Shown: piece after piece, positions 11,136 through 24,560 of the stretch
Position numbering within the stretch: the stretch's first letter is position 1
Layout: each line of letters begins with the position of its first letter
Position numbers and translations under genes: made by a program
The notes under the pieces: model-generated
Databases searched by the model: none
Seen by the model: only the letters and a program-made list of their open reading frames with translations
What the model was told of the DNA's origin: nothing
From: Spirogloea muscicola
Taxonomy: Eukaryota
DNA: 64,000 nucleotides
Direction: 5' to 3'
NCBI GenBank assembly: GCA_009602725.1
Contig: WELB01000010.1
Location: 574,535 to 638,534, forward strand

Positions 11136-14108
11136 ATGACCTCCAGTCGCCCCGTCCTCGCCGTTGCATCCCTGCTGCTCCTGGCGGCGGTTGCCGCCCT
11201 TGCCAATAGTGAGGTGCACTTCACTTCACTTTTCTGTCACCTGGTATTACCCTCATGCGTTGTTGGAGCGTTGACAATGTTCCAGCCGCCCGGCTGCACT
11301 TAGAGCTTGTGTGATGGCGTATTACGACATCTTTGCAGGTCCAGCATACTCCTGCTGTGCTCTTTCTGGACGACGGGAACAACGGAGATGGGGTGTTCCT
11401 GAGAGCTGATGACAAGAGCTCTGAGCAGGCATGCGCTGCTCTTACATCCTCCTCACACGGTTGTTGTTGTGAACAACATTGATCAGCCACCAGAGGAGCT
11501 TGGCTTGTATCCTAATCAGAATGGAGGTTTTCGACGAGCGCCTACAATCACTCGCAGCTGCTCTGACCAGGACTGAAGTGCTTGGCAGGTAGCAGATTTG
11601 ACTCCACAGGCCTTCGCAGCTGCAATTGCCGCTCTCCTAGCTAGCCGTATCCCGTACACCGATTCCACCACTTCATTGCAGGTGTGCCCCTCCTCACCTC
11701 AGAAGCTGCCGGGGGGAGAAAAAGCTGCATCACTAGTAGACACATATAGAGAAGGGTGGATGGCATATGAGGGTGAAACACTGCAGGGATTTATGTCTGG
11801 AGGGCTGAGTTGTCATACTTAGAGGGCCCATCATAAATTGGCTTCAAGCAATGCTTCAATCACTGGGTTTGTCTGAAAGCCCACAGATGCAGAGTCTTTG
11901 CAGAGCTGCAGATAAAGACATCATCTGTTATTCATGTGCAGGTCGATGCGTTGCTTGCCCCTGACATTTTCAAGAGGCCGGAGGCAGTCATTGTTGCTGT
12001 GGTTGCTGGCATTGACCAAGGTAAAAGTCTCATATCTCCTTCTCACTTTGATATATCCGTATGTCTGTATTGCGATTCTCTGTCCAATGGTGAACCTGAG
12101 CTTGTTACTACCCCCAGCCCTGGAAATTGACGAAGGCCAGCAAGAGACAGGCTAAGCCTGCCCGAAACCCTACTCACGTGTAGTCTACGTTGTCCCACTG
12201 GTGGCTGGAGTGCCGAGCACATGTTTGTCCACTACCTAGATTCCAGGGCGGTACTAGGGTTATACGGCTCCCTGAAGCGAGTATGAGGACCTCACATGTC
12301 GTCCATTGACAAATGCAGAAACTTTTGAGGCCATTTTGGCTCCTGGGGAAAGAAGTTCGCTACATGGTACCTGGAGGCACTTGTCTATTAGCAGGGCAGA
12401 GTCAACATCTCAGTCTAATAGCAGTGCAGTAACTTCAGAAGGCCTTATTAAAGCTCTTGCTGATCTTCCTGACCTGGCTGGCTCAAATGCACGTCGGAAA
12501 TCTCTAAGTTGCACCAGCCAGCAAAGATGTCAAGGCGACTGCCTTCAAGCCTTTGTGGAAGAATGGGTGAGGACTTAGCAGGCTGATTGGTGAAGCATCA
12601 TCTTCTGCTTATAAATTCAGGTTTGCTGTGCTGAATTAGTTGCAATAAGTCAGGGGCGTCAGCAGCCAATCGTACATGCAGCTACTAAATCACGTGCTGC
12701 TTCCATTCTTCAGGAAGAGAGTCAACGCGTTGCTAATGACGCACAAAATCCTCAAGTGGGGAGTCCTGACCTCATTGATTTGATGCAAGTATGTCCTCTA
12801 AGCTGGTGTGGCTTGTGTAGCTGGTGGGGGCTTTGTAGTGGGCCTACTTTCATATGAACACTTGTATGTCTCTTACCGATACTTATGTGCGGCCACTCAA
12901 TTAGGTTGTGGTCACCGTTAAGTTGATAAAGGTGCATGTGCAGCAAAGTGACAGGAACCGCAGAGTTGTGCAAGTAGCTCCTGTGTAATAACAAGGGGGT
13001 CATAGAGGAAGTTGGCATCTGTGGATGACCTTAAGTCCCTGCTTGATGTATGAGTGACAACCATCTGTTTGTAGCAGCACACAAGAGCCAATCTAATGGT
13101 GCTCGTCTGTCAACAGGAGACAGATCAGGAATATGTATCAGAGCTATCCTGCTTTCACAAGAGTGCTGAGGATGAGGTACTTCGAGCAACGACAAGCAGC
13201 ACGAGCATTACAACGCCACAGCCTGTGCTTCTTTCTGGACTTATCACGACACTCCAGGTACAGCAACTAATGGAGGTCATCAGGTGACACTTTTGAAGTC
13301 TGTGGATGGATAAGATGGTCGCAAACACTGTGCCACTGTGTCATACAACTGGCACTTACTGAATCTGACGATGAATACCAAGCATGAATACCAGGCCCTT
13401 CGCAAAAAGCATGGCACAGAGTCAACCAAGTACCAGAGGGCAGCAAAACTGGTGATTGATGTGTTGGTCCACTCATTCCGGAGCCTCAGGACTGCATATG
13501 AGGGTCTGTTTTTCATCCATGGACCAGCTAGATTCTACTCGTAGAGCCACTCACTCCTCACTCTGGTGAAGCTCGCAATGTCTTTTGCATGCGACTGACT
13601 CTAGTCGTTTTTGATGTGGTGCTTCAAAGTTTGTACTTATGGCTACAGGATATCAAAGGTGCAACCTGCTGAGGACGTGCTAAGTTCACTCTTGCTGCAG
13701 GACAAGTTGTTGGTGCCCTTGTGCTAATTGGCAGCATCGAAGATGAGGAAGCTTCCTTGCTCAAGAACAGCGCCCAGCTTATCAGAGTAGCCCGGAAGCT
13801 GCAGGACTCCAGCTTGAGCTCTGTTAGGTCGAGGAAATTTGTGAACAAGACCATAGCCATCCTCACTGGACTGATTCTCTTTGTGGCCGCTCTCCTTGGG
13901 GTAATTTCGCAGCAACTCTTGACTGAGGCCTAGCAAGAAGCTTTGCTTAGCTTGATCTAGCTACTGCTCTGCCTGTGCCTACTTGTTGTGTCCATGTCAG
14001 ATCCTTACACTAGTGTCTGCACGTTTGCCCTGTGTGCAGGTTTATGCCTTGTTGTACATGCCGCTGACGCGCGACCCGCTACTGTACTCTGGCGCTAAAG
14101 TAGATTAG
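11136..14108 (+). CDS. Type I membrane protein, ATP6AP2/(pro)renin-receptor-like V-ATPase accessory subunit (plant PMP/At3g24160-like)
   Basis: Signal peptide MTSSRPVLAVASLLLLAAVAALANS; exon VDALLAPDIFKRPEAVIVAVVAGI; C-terminal TM segment KTIAILTGLILFVAALLG|VYALLY and short tail MPLTRDPLLYSGAKVD* (stop 14106-14108). Confidence 0.7.
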
Positions 14109-14274
14109 CCCAGCTCTTAGCAGTGTGCATTGTAGGCAGGAGTGTCTTGGGTGATCCAAGGAGACTGGTTCTGTGGAGACTATGCGCGGCTGCTCGGGGC
14201 GCGCATCAGCTCGCACAGTGTGTGGTGCAATGTGCAGGGGGCCACTTGGCTCCTCACTCCTGGACGAGGCAACC

Positions 14275-14975
14275 AGAGAGAGAAGGCGCGGGGTGCGCAT
14301 GCACTGAAAGGGAGGCCAAGCCGAGCAAGTTCAATGTCAATACATACCATGTTCAATACAAAAGGCAAAGAAAGTGCGGGCCTGCACAAGGCGAAGCCCT
14401 ATGCTGAGAGGGACTTGTTCCGAAGGGGGGCAATGGCTTGAAAGGCCACTACAGATAATATCTCTGGAGAAGGACCGCTGAACCAGGGCCGGAGGGGCCC
14501 GCTAGTGCCTCAGCAGGTGCACAGTGAAGTCGGACAGGCTAACCTAGAGAGCGGGAGCAAAGCCAGGGAAGGTGGCCTGGGTGAGGATAATAGACGGGAG
14601 CGCCCAGTACGATGATAAGGGTCCAAGGGTCAATGAAGGGCCAAACCGCTGCGACGGCGCCGGGGGGCGGCCGAACGTGAGAGTTGAGGATTAATTTGTG
14701 TAGCAAACGAAGGCCAGAATGGCCAACGCCAACGGCAATGGCACATCATATGACGAACATCACCCACTGTTAAGGGAGATTGCGCGCGATAGGGCCATGT
14801 TGGGGCGGGGGGGGGCCCACCGACCTTGGGCGGGGTGAGGGGGAGGCGCCAACGGCGTTGGGGTGGAGGAGTCGTCGAGGCCTGCGAGCCGTCCAAGCGG
14901 GCACCCGTCTCGTGCCGTCGCAGAAGGAAGGAGCGCGGTGCGCATGAAATGAAAGGGAAGGCCAATGCGAGCCTC
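14275..14975 (-). mobile_element. Retroelement 3' ends upstream of PP2C (family 2 at ~14275-14405 and ~14922-14970; family-1-like end at ~14405-14455)
   Basis: Two reverse-complement copies of the ttggcctccctttca..catgcgcaccgcgcgccttctc terminus. One starts directly in the pyrimidine tail of a family-1-like copy. Confidence 0.7.
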
Positions 14976-15316
14976 ACCAAGTCCCGGTAACGGGGCAGCA
15001 AGCTGTCAATGGGGGTCTCTAGTACCCACGAGTCGCAGAGCGCTGGCGCCGCAAGCGAGGGCTTCGTCGCCCCCTGGCTCGTTCAAATGTCATCAGCCGC
15101 ATTCTGGCGCCCGTGGGGAGACGGGGCCCGGGGCGGGGCTATCCAGTGCCCGCGGGCGCGGCGAAGGCGGCGGCAACCCCCCCGGCCGGCCGGGCCCGGC
15201 CTCGAACCGCAGCCGGGGGTCGACAAAGAAACGGAGACGAGCCCCTGCCATCTCGCCGCCCCATCATTCCCACCGCTCCCCCCGGCCCGCCCGCCCGCCC
15301 ACGCCCACGCCGCCCN

Positions 15317-17964
15317 GAATTTGCTCAACAACGTCTTCGCGTCGTCCAAGGACGCGAGCTCCGGCGGCGGCACCACGCCCTCGGTCGGCGGCGGCACCAG
15401 GTGCGTGCGGTGCTCCTGGACCGCTCAAACCCTTACCGAGAGGTGCTGCGTCGCTGCCAGCCATCCTTGGATGGCTCTCCTTTGACTGCCCGGCGCGACT
15501 GCGGGTTGCTCTCGGTCTCCAGCGAGGATGGTACCTTCAGCTATGGCTACTCAAGGCTGCGCGGCAAGCGGGCATCCATGGAGGACTTTCACGATGCTCA
15601 AATCCGGCCAATAGGGGGCCAACTGGTTGGCCTCTTCGGCGTCTTTGACGGTCAGCTTACGCTTCTCCCAGCACTCCTGCAGCATCAGTGGCCTCCATTA
15701 GATCGGCTTATGCACTAACCTCGTGAAAGAGGATGCCCCGTTATGTTACTGCTATGTACCCTTTGGAGAACGACTTTGACTCTGCAGCCATGTCGTGCCA
15801 CTGGTCTGGCCATGACACCATGTCATTGCCCGGTTGCCAGGTCACGGTGGCTCCAGAGCGGCAGAGTATGTGCAGAAGCACCTCTTTGACAACCTTGTGA
15901 ACCATCCAAATTTTTCAACAGACCCTAAGGCTGCCATAGGTTGGTTGGCTGAGTCTCAGAGTTGACATGTCATGTCTTGCACGGTTGGCCCTTGCTTGCT
16001 TTGGTGCATGCCAAGGACTTGATATGATCCGTCATTGAGAGGCTGGTCATGTCTACACCAGCCTTTCAAGCTTTGTAACCCACTGCCTTTCGCCAGGGTA
16101 GTCTCAAGAAGGCGAAGTATGGAGGGTTCTCACTAGCAACCTAACACAGTGTTACTGACCTAATGCTGCAGCTGAGACTTACAAGCAGACGGATCAGGAT
16201 TACCTAATGTCTGAGAATGGACAGAATCGGGACGCTGGTTCCACTGCATCTACAGCGGTGTTGGTAGGGAAGAAGCTTCTTGTGGCCAACGTTGGAGATT
16301 CACGAGCAGTTATGTGCCGAGGTGGTAAGGGTGAGTGGCTGCGACATCCTTCCTCTGGAGCTCTTCATGCGTCACTAGACCTAATGTATAGTGCCAAGGG
16401 TCCTTACGTTGTTACTTGTAGCACAAGTCCTGTGTAAGCCACTTAAGTTGTCATTCAGCAGGCTGTGAGCAGAGTTCCTGACTGCCTGCTCAGCAGGCTG
16501 CTCCAGAGCGAACCAAGTCTTGCTTGAGAGATGGCTGATCATCAGTGTCTCAAGTTACTGTTTTTCTTTACATACCCCTTTGGCCGTCCATGCCAGCCCA
16601 TGACAGGCTTGATTTGCAGTACGCTCTGGCACAGAGGCTCAAGACTCTCATGCCAGATCCTGGCAACCTGAGCTGTACAGATGTCCTTTGATGAAGCATA
16701 TCAGCTTTGTCTATCCGGGTTTTCAAGGTCTAGAAGTGTATGTAGCAGAAGCTAAACAGGCTGTGAAGGCCTGCCGTTTGCTGATTGTGCATTGAGCTCA
16801 CACGATCAATGTTGCCGATCGTCTTTCAGCTGCCCCTCTGTCATCCGACCACAAGCCCAACAGAGACGATGAACGGCAACGCATAGAGGAAGCTGGAGGT
16901 GTTGTCATGTGGGCAGGTATGTGAATGCGTCAGGAGTCCTTGAGCTGGCTGGACTAGCACCATGTCTTGTCAAGCATGTTATAGAAGGGTTGCTTGAGAA
17001 ATGCAATACTTGTGCCCTGCACAATACTGCAAGGACTATGGGGACTTCACATATATACCTGCTGAGGATACACCGGTTGGCAATGCAGGCACATGGCGAG
17101 TGGGTGGGGTGCTAGCAGTTTCTCGTGCATTTGGGGATAGGCTGTTGAAGCGTTATGTTGTAGCAGAGCCAGAGATACAGGTGAGAGTCAGAAGTGGTCT
17201 GCTTTTGCATGTGAAAGTTGCTGCAACGCTTTGTCTTTGATTGGACTGGACAGACAGCTTTTTGACCATAAGTTTTTCAGAGGACGTTCAATGGAAGGTG
17301 CACCGCTCTTATGCCAAAGTGAGTTGTGTTGGGATTCTTACCCTCCATGACTTGCCCGGTGCAGGAGGAAATGCTCACCCCTGAAGATGAATTTCTTGTT
17401 CTTGCAAGCGATGGCCTGTGGGATGTAGTCTCAAACCAGGTGGGCTGTTCCTATGTTTGCTACTGCGGTGTGCTTCGGCATGTAGCTTCCTACTGGGTTT
17501 CAGTAGTTATGGGTATCAGGTGCTGTATGACTGTGCACAATGGCCATTTCGTATCTGCTTATGAGGTTCTGGAAGACTGCCTTGCAGAGCACCTTCAGAT
17601 ATACATTATGCAGATACTTCTAGCACCATGTAGTGCTGAAATCTGACAATGAGCAGCGCTTACGTTCTCGTGACACAAGCAGGACACCAAAGAATAATGT
17701 CGTGGGCCGGCAAGGGGCTACTGCTACTGCTTTGGAGGACTAGAGTGCTGGACTAGTGCTTGATGGCTGACACTTATCCTGCTTTGTTTGCAGGATGCTG
17801 TATCAATGATTCAGTCCATTACCGACGCACAGGAAGCTGCCAAGTGCTTGACAGACGAAGCTTTTCGCAGAGGGAGCGCAGACAACATCACCTGTGTAGT
17901 TGTCCGCCTGCATCAAGCACAAACTGCTGCTGATGGACCTGGCCCAGGCTTTACGCATCCTTGA
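15317..17964 (+). CDS. Protein phosphatase 2C (clade F-like); start codon probably lost in the n gap at 15316
   Basis: [115 protein letters not shown]. Stop 17962-17964. Confidence 0.93.
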
Positions 17965-18564
17965 GGCTCAGGTAGCGTGGCCGTCTGCTCAACGGCGCAG
18001 GATCAGGTCCTCCAGTTTGTGCAGGAATGCAGATCATCACGCAAAGAGACAGCTTATGCTGGTACAGCACTGTCTAGACTTTAGGAGGCCAGCGTGACTG
18101 GTCATGAACCCAGTGTCTGTGACATGGTCACTTCTAGCCGGCAGGACTGAACTACCAGGCTTGCCTGCCTTGGATCTCAAGCCAACATCATTGTCCTGGT
18201 CGAGCTTTGAACCATTGCTCCTGTGATGAGCCCAACAGGGCTCCTACCAAAGCATTCTAATTGTGCACTGTGGTAGGTTTCAACTACATGACCGTAGTCG
18301 TTGAGGACTTAGACCACGCCTGCATTTTCTCGGTCATGAGGACTTCACTTGGGCACCCAACATGTGTAGACTCCCACGATGAGCACGTCATGAGTGCCGC
18401 ACAAGAATGCAGGAACTAGAACATTCTGTGACGGAGTGTATGCCTTGCAATCTTGTTGCAGGCTGTGACTGCTGTCTTGACTCAATGACCGCATAGCAAG
18501 AGCAACCACAGTTGGTCATCTTGCACCTCCCTCACACGTCCAGCAGAAGAAACGCCAGTAGATA

Positions 18565-19590
18565 GCATGGACAAAGTTTGCAAGCTAGGGCGATTGGTGC
18601 TCTGGCCCGCTACCAAGGCTCAGTCAGGCGCCCTTGGTCAGCTGCTGCACGCAACGTGAGCTGGGCAAATGCCTTCCCCAAGCTGGACGGCTCCCAGTGG
18701 CCTGCACAGCTCGAGAACGCGGCTCCTATTAGGCAGGTAGCCCGCTTGAGCACGAGCCTTTCATAACAGGTGACAGCCAAGGTGGCAAGAGGGTGGAGTT
18801 GGCCAGCCAAACTCGTTCCAAACACAGGGCGGCAGTCGGGAGTGGCCAAGGCATCTCACAGCCCTCGCTCCCTCTGGATGCGCTTGTCGGCCCTGTTGGC
18901 GCCCTCGTCAATTCTTCTCGAGCTGGCTTCTCACAGGCCCCTTTGGGAGAGGGACTGTCTTTCACCCGCTTCCAGGAACCCAGTCTCTCTGACCTGAGGC
19001 TGCTTAGCAGGGGTTACTGAGTGCTTCGTAGCTACTTCGCTTCTTTTCTGTAGCCTTGTTTAGTTTGCACTCGCCTCTGCTTGAACTGTGTATTGGCTTG
19101 AATTGGCCTCCCTTTTCATTTCATGCGCCCCGCGCGCCTTTCTTTTCTGTGCTTGTTGTTCTTCGTACTTCCCCTGGCCCCTTCTCGTCCTTTGTACATT
19201 CTTTTCTGGGCTGGCTTTTTCCAGCCCCTATCCTCAATGGGCGAGCCCTTCTCTCTTTCAGGACGAGCTTATTTGCCTAGTGGGGCCGACAGTGGGCCAG
19301 TCCGGGGAGAGCTGCTTCGCCTTTGCCCCCTGCGAGCTGGCCCCGCCACGCGTCGTGACTGTGCACGTGGCAGAGCCGCGAGGGGCTGCGCTGACGAGGC
19401 GAGGTTGCCCCAAGAACGGGGCCGCTGCGCCGTCCGATGCAGATAAGGCGGCCCGGTCGTGGGATACCCAACATCCGACGGTCGCCCGGGTGCCGGCGCT
19501 GCCCGCTTGTGGCCAAAAAAATGAAGGAGCTCACCGTTCACCTGGCTGGCTTCTACAAGCGCTCTTTCCACATCAGCAGCCGCAGTCTGT
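18565..19590. mobile_element. Cluster of retroelement 3' ends upstream of the TSP9-like gene, including a nested insertion with an 11-bp TSD
   Basis: Old copy (-) ~18565-18720. Family 1 copy EPSLSDLRLLSRGY* (stop 19020) is split by a family 2 insert 19052-19139 flanked by ttcttttctgt (19041-19051, 19140-19150). Family 3 terminus ~19543-19583. Confidence 0.85.
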
Positions 19591-19650
19591 GCTTCGTTTC
19601 GGCCGTCACCGCGGAACGGCTGCTAACGGCCGAGTGTGGCGCGCACTTCG

Positions 19651-20388
19651 ATGGCGTCCTGGGGGCTGGCGGCCGGCGGCGGCGGCGCCGCGGCGGCCGC
19701 ACTGCTTGCGGCCGAGAAGAAGGGCTTCTTCCCGCGCGGCGGCCTGCTCGACTGGCTGGACGGCGCGTTCACGCGCGAGAGCGCCATCGGCGGCGAGAGA
19801 GACCCCGGTGAGGCGTCCTAGCCGCTCTACGCGCGCCAGCTTGTGCTGTGATCCGCTTGGCATTTTTGCTGGGTCAGGCGTACATTTTGTCTGATCTGAC
19901 AGGCAGCTCGTCATCCTGCTCTGTAGAAAGTATGCACCTGCTATGTAGCTTGCAAGGTGAGAGAAACATGGAATGGGTGTCACACTCACGGCTACAGTCC
20001 TTTAAGATTCACTGATAAGATAAGAAGCCAGCTTCTTAGCTCACAATGCGTGGCGATTGTTGTTGCATTGTGTTGTTGCATGTTCAATCAGCCACCAGAT
20101 TAGTGCATGCAGGTTCCTGAGGAACTCCCCGGGCCCTGTTTCGTATGGCCTGATAGACGCTCCACTTTGATGCCAGTGCTCAAGAAGGCGGAAGGCAAGT
20201 CGGGATCCAAGCAGCCAACACCCAAAAAACCGGCACCCAAGGTGCGAAATGTGCACCTTTGCTGAGCACTCACATGCATGACTAGCTGGCCTTCTGAATG
20301 CTGAGGACATTTTAACACAGAATTCCTGCTTGACTGTATTACAATCTTGTGCACCACCTGGCAGCAAAAACCGGCTGCCAAGAAGTAG
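19651..20388 (+). CDS. Small basic protein resembling thylakoid soluble phosphoprotein TSP9; 3 exons (19651-19807, 20177-20241, 20365-20388)
   Basis: Spliced reading EKKGFFPRGGLLDWLDGAFTRESAIGGERDP|VLKKAEGKSGSKQPTPKKPAPK|QKPAAKK* resembles the TSP9 core (DWxxG...ExDPxLKK plus Lys-rich tail). The N-terminus is short for a transit peptide. Confidence 0.5.
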
Positions 20389-20727
20389 CGGCACCTCCAA
20401 CGCTACACTGAGACATACATGGTGGAGGATACCCACAAGGATCTGTATCTTGACTGCCAGGCTGAGCTCCAGTGCCACCAGCACTGGCTTCTGTTGTCTA
20501 CTCGAGCTGATTTACGTACTACCTACCTGCAGCAGTTTCTCACTTGAGTAGACCTGCAGCATTTTCAAATTCTTTGAGGGCGGAGCGTGCCACCCCCTTT
20601 GTTTATTTTGGTAGTCCTCGGTCTTGACTAGGCAATGTGGTGATCCAATCATGTCGTTTGGCGTGTTACATCACAGACATATACTGCTTCAGAGCACAGA
20701 AAGTCAAGGGCCTTGATGTTGCTTTCT

Positions 20728-22992
20728 TCAGCGATTTAGTCTCTTCAAGTGCCCAGAGGCACTCAGTGTCCTTATATCCCTGTCTAGATTGACTATCTCA
20801 GAATTGCTGCAGACAGTGAGTCTCTCCAATGACATGTTGCCTGCACATGACTTGTCTTCCGCTGGGGCAGGCAGTTTGCCTTGGGCAACTCTGAGAGTAT
20901 CCAGGCCTAGCAGTAGCTGCAGTTCACGCCATTCCAAAAAACAGAGCAGACGGAAAAGTTACAAGGTGTGGGCTCAGGAAATATATGTTCAGAATGCAAG
21001 AAACTGGAAACAACTCTTGGCGGGCAGCAGCAGGTACCTGTGTTAACATCTTATAGGATTTATGTACATGCTTTGCTGCAGGTCCTATGCCATGAAGCTG
21101 GGGTAGCTTGGTTGTAGCCAGAGAAGACACCCTTTCCTGCCAGACCAACGCAATGCATCAGAGCCCCTGGCAGCTGGAGAGTTGCAGAGGAGTTGCTTAA
21201 AATGGCACAAGTAGACTGCACCAAAGTGACGATGCTTGCCTGTGGGAATGCTTGATTGCAGCAATCTACAGCGGATAAGAAACCCTGTAGCTGCCCTTCG
21301 ACTTCCGCATTTGCCGCGGTGTTATCATAGCTCACAAGCTCTGGTCCCTGCCTGACAACATGCCAGCAACAAAAGCAGTCGGCGAGTCTGCATGAAGTTG
21401 TCATTGGTGAAACCTCCCAATGTCCACCCTGTGTTTCGATTGCATCAATTACAGTGAAGGTTGCCAGCTTTCTCCACCACAAATAGCGAAGTTGCGTCAT
21501 ATAAAGAAGAACTGCACCTGTAATTTGAGCTCAACAAGGTCATCCTCCCTCTCCTTGAGAATCTCCTCACACTTCTTGAGCTCTGCAATCTGCTTCTCCA
21601 GATCTGGATGACCAATGCTGGACATTCTGCAACAGATGAATAATAGTGGTCAATTACTAAAACAGCTGACAATGGAGTAATAAGAGAACAAGCCAAAGGT
21701 TCCTGTATGGTACTGTTATCAGCAAATAATTCAGAAGTTCCTACAAATTATAGCAATGGGTTGATGAATACTATGGCCCACATAGACTAAAAGTAGACGG
21801 GTGGATAAAACAAGGAGAAGTGACCCACAGAGGCAGGCTGTGCTGGCTGACATCTGGGGGAAACAGATCAAGCTTGGTTGTGGTAACACGGCCATATTCC
21901 TGTCCAATAAGATCTATCAGCTCAATGTCTTTCTGTGTCTGGTCGTCAACACTGGCACCAAGCATACATGAGGCATTTGTAAGTAATGGCTCACCACCGG
22001 TCAGTCGTCCTAAGTGAGCTGGAGCATTCAGATTTGACACATGGGAAAATTGCACTTTATGTGATAGCATCAGAGACAGCCAATCGCTTCAAACATACCT
22101 CTGGGTAAGTGCAACAGATTGGATATGGATTATGGAATAAGGCTACAGCAGACATTCCCTTACCTCCAACCACCCTTGTCAGTATACTTGCTGGCCATCA
22201 CGAGGTTTGCCACTGAGAAGAGGAAGTCCGCTTTCTTATGAAATGATTCTGAGCCCTGCAATTGAAGTGGATAAACATCACTCTCCTGTGTGGTCCTCAG
22301 CAAAAACCTCTCATCGTGTAGGCTCGGCAATCATGCTCAAGGAGCTTACGCAAAATACTCTGGTTGCTTGATTGCGATGGTCCAAAGCAGCCCCATGAAA
22401 CTTATCGACCAAGATAGTCATCTTGTTATATGACAAGTGAGAAGTTGATGCATTTGGCCTTCTTTGACCTGCAAGCTCTCTATCTCCTCGAAGTCGGAGA
22501 AGCCAAGGATGCGGGCTGACGTGACCAAGCCTGTGGGCGGCATGCCAAGTGAAATAAGTCAGTCGTATCACGAAGATCGATGTCCAGGAATGGAGCAAGA
22601 GTCTGCTGACAGGTGAGGAAAGCCATGCATTCAAATCCGCTCATCTCTTTACCAGGCGTGTCTACTTCGTCTGCCCACCCGTGCTTGTCAGCAGCTTCTC
22701 CGAGCAAGCTGTTGTTGCAGTATGTTAGACGCTATGCAGTCATGTTAGAGTTGTGACGTTGTCGGGTCGTCAAGAGTGTGAAAAACCATCACTCCAGCTC
22801 TCATCCGCATCGCCCTAGCGATGAACATGGCCATCCAAGCGTGACTGCGTATTGAGTTTGGGACCTGCTGAAGAGCCAGGCCAGCAGCTGGTAATGCGTC
22901 TCGCCCGGGTACAGGAGCGCCTCCAGCGGGGCCAGGGGCCCGCTGTATCCAAGCAGCTGCAGATGGTACTGCAGCCGCAGCACGGTGTCCAT
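20728..22992 (-). CDS. AUG7: Augmin complex subunit 7 (divergent)
   Basis: LQLLGYSGPLAPLEALLYPGETHYQLLAWLFSR|LLG; VDDQTQKDIELIDLI..KLDLFPPDV; KLPQLHGIGPAAK; NLDRDIRTLSAS near the stop at 20728. Collinear with plant AUG7 motifs as I recall them. Some internal exon borders not resolved. Confidence 0.8.
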
Positions 22993-23169
22993 CGGGCGAG
23001 CGGTTGCCAGGCCGCGAGCAAGGCGGCGTGTAACGGCGGCGGCAGCGGCGGCGAGGAAGGCGCGAAGCTGGTGGAGCTTCCCTCCGCGAGTGTGCCGCTT
23101 TTAAACGCGCAGTTTCCCGCTTATGCAACGGCCACCACTAGCTTCCCCGGCGATGCTCCGGCTCTCCGT

Positions 23170-24560
23170 CAAAGAAAGAAAGCGCGGCCAGATTGACTGG
23201 TGGCTGTGAGATGCCAGCCCAAAGGAAGGGTCAAAGTCTGAAGGAGCCGGATGGAGCAGAAAGCAAGATACGAAGTGCCAAGACGTCAAGCTGTCCAACT
23301 TGTCTGTGCTCACTCGTGGGTAGTAGCCCCCACCGTCACTAATACACACTTCATTCTCCTCCAGTCGTAGTCGCCCTTTCAGACCTTCTGCATTTCTTAG
23401 TTCCTACGTATCCATTCCTTTGGGCTGGCCTCTCACAGCCGTTGCTTTGCATTGGAAGAGCTGTTTCGTACTCTTTTCTGCCCCGCTTCCTAAGCCCCTA
23501 ACCCTAAACCCTAAAGCCTAGGTCTTCGCTCCACGTTGCCCCAATGTTTGCACATTTTTAACTTTGCATGGACAGTCCATTGGCTCCGCTTGGCCTCCAT
23601 TTCACTTTATGAGCACCGCCGCACTCTCTTGTGAAGCGGTCGTCGCGACCAGCGGGCCCCAGCCTGTGCAGGCCTGGACAGCTAGCGTCAATGAGATAAA
23701 AGGCGCGTGGCGTGCTTATGATGGAAGTGAGGCCAAGCCGAGCTAGTGATTGTTGATGCAATGGAAGTGCAACAGGCAAATGTAGAGTTTGGGCTAGCGC
23801 GCACGGAAGCTCTTCTGAACGGAAGCGACAGCACAAGCGGAGCGCAAAGTCATATAGTGGTCCTCCATCCTCCAGCGTCTTGCACAGCAGGTCGGCAAGC
23901 GTTTCCGTAGTTGGGGGGCAGTTTGCGGCATACTGCAGGCGTGCTACAGGAGCAGCTCTCGCTAAGCCTGCAGCGCTTGCAGTCTCTGGCCCTTCATCAG
24001 CATGCTCCGCGCGCTATAACTCGGCCACCGGCTTCCGCAGTAGTAGTGCTCGGGCTGCCCAAATTAGCGTATCCAAATTGTATGTGCTCATTTGTGGGAA
24101 CAAAAAGCCTCCTTTTCGCCCTGACATCGTCTGCATTCATGAGCTGCCACAGATCTCCGGAGCCCACCCGTTTTAGGCTGTCTCGGCTGTCATGCAAAGG
24201 CAAAGGCAGTGCAACGAATGTTGCTGCACAGAGGAGAACCCAAATTGCTGAGTGCTAAGCGCTGCCGTGTTGGGGCTCACCCCTTGACATTGTCTGTTTC
24301 TTTTGGGCTGGCCTTCCACATGCATCGCCTCCTTTGAGTGCTCGTGAATGAAGCTGGAGGCCACATCTAGCTAATGCACCAATCAACAGGATGTGCAAAG
24401 ACTGGGGTTACACAGATCGAAAAGCACTAGGCTAAGAGGGGCTAAAGATACAGGACAGCCAATTTCATTGGCTTGATGTGGCCTCCCCATTCGTCTGTAT
24501 GCACTCATAAGGAGGCGATGAATGTGGAATGCCAGCCCAAGAGAACCTGACAAGGTCAAG
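23170..24560. mobile_element. Cluster of retroelement 3' ends upstream of AUG7, both orientations
   Basis: Family 1 UTRs at ~23170-23260 (-), ~23410-23467 (+), ~24300-24320 (+). Family 2 termini at ~23575-23630 (+) and ~23695-23745 (-). Decayed ORF WSSILQRLAQQVGKRFRSWG..CYR/EQLSLSLQRLQSLALHQHAPRA/..QISVSKLYVLICG at ~23858-24100. Confidence 0.8.
23496..23520 (+). repeat. Short interstitial plant-type telomeric repeat / telo-box
   Basis: ccctaa-ccctaaa-ccctaaa-gccta. Confidence 0.7.

Noticed and set aside
10751..11224. Poly-Phe/poly-Gly ORFs
   Set aside because: Translation of the poly(A) and (GCC)n runs across an assembly gap.
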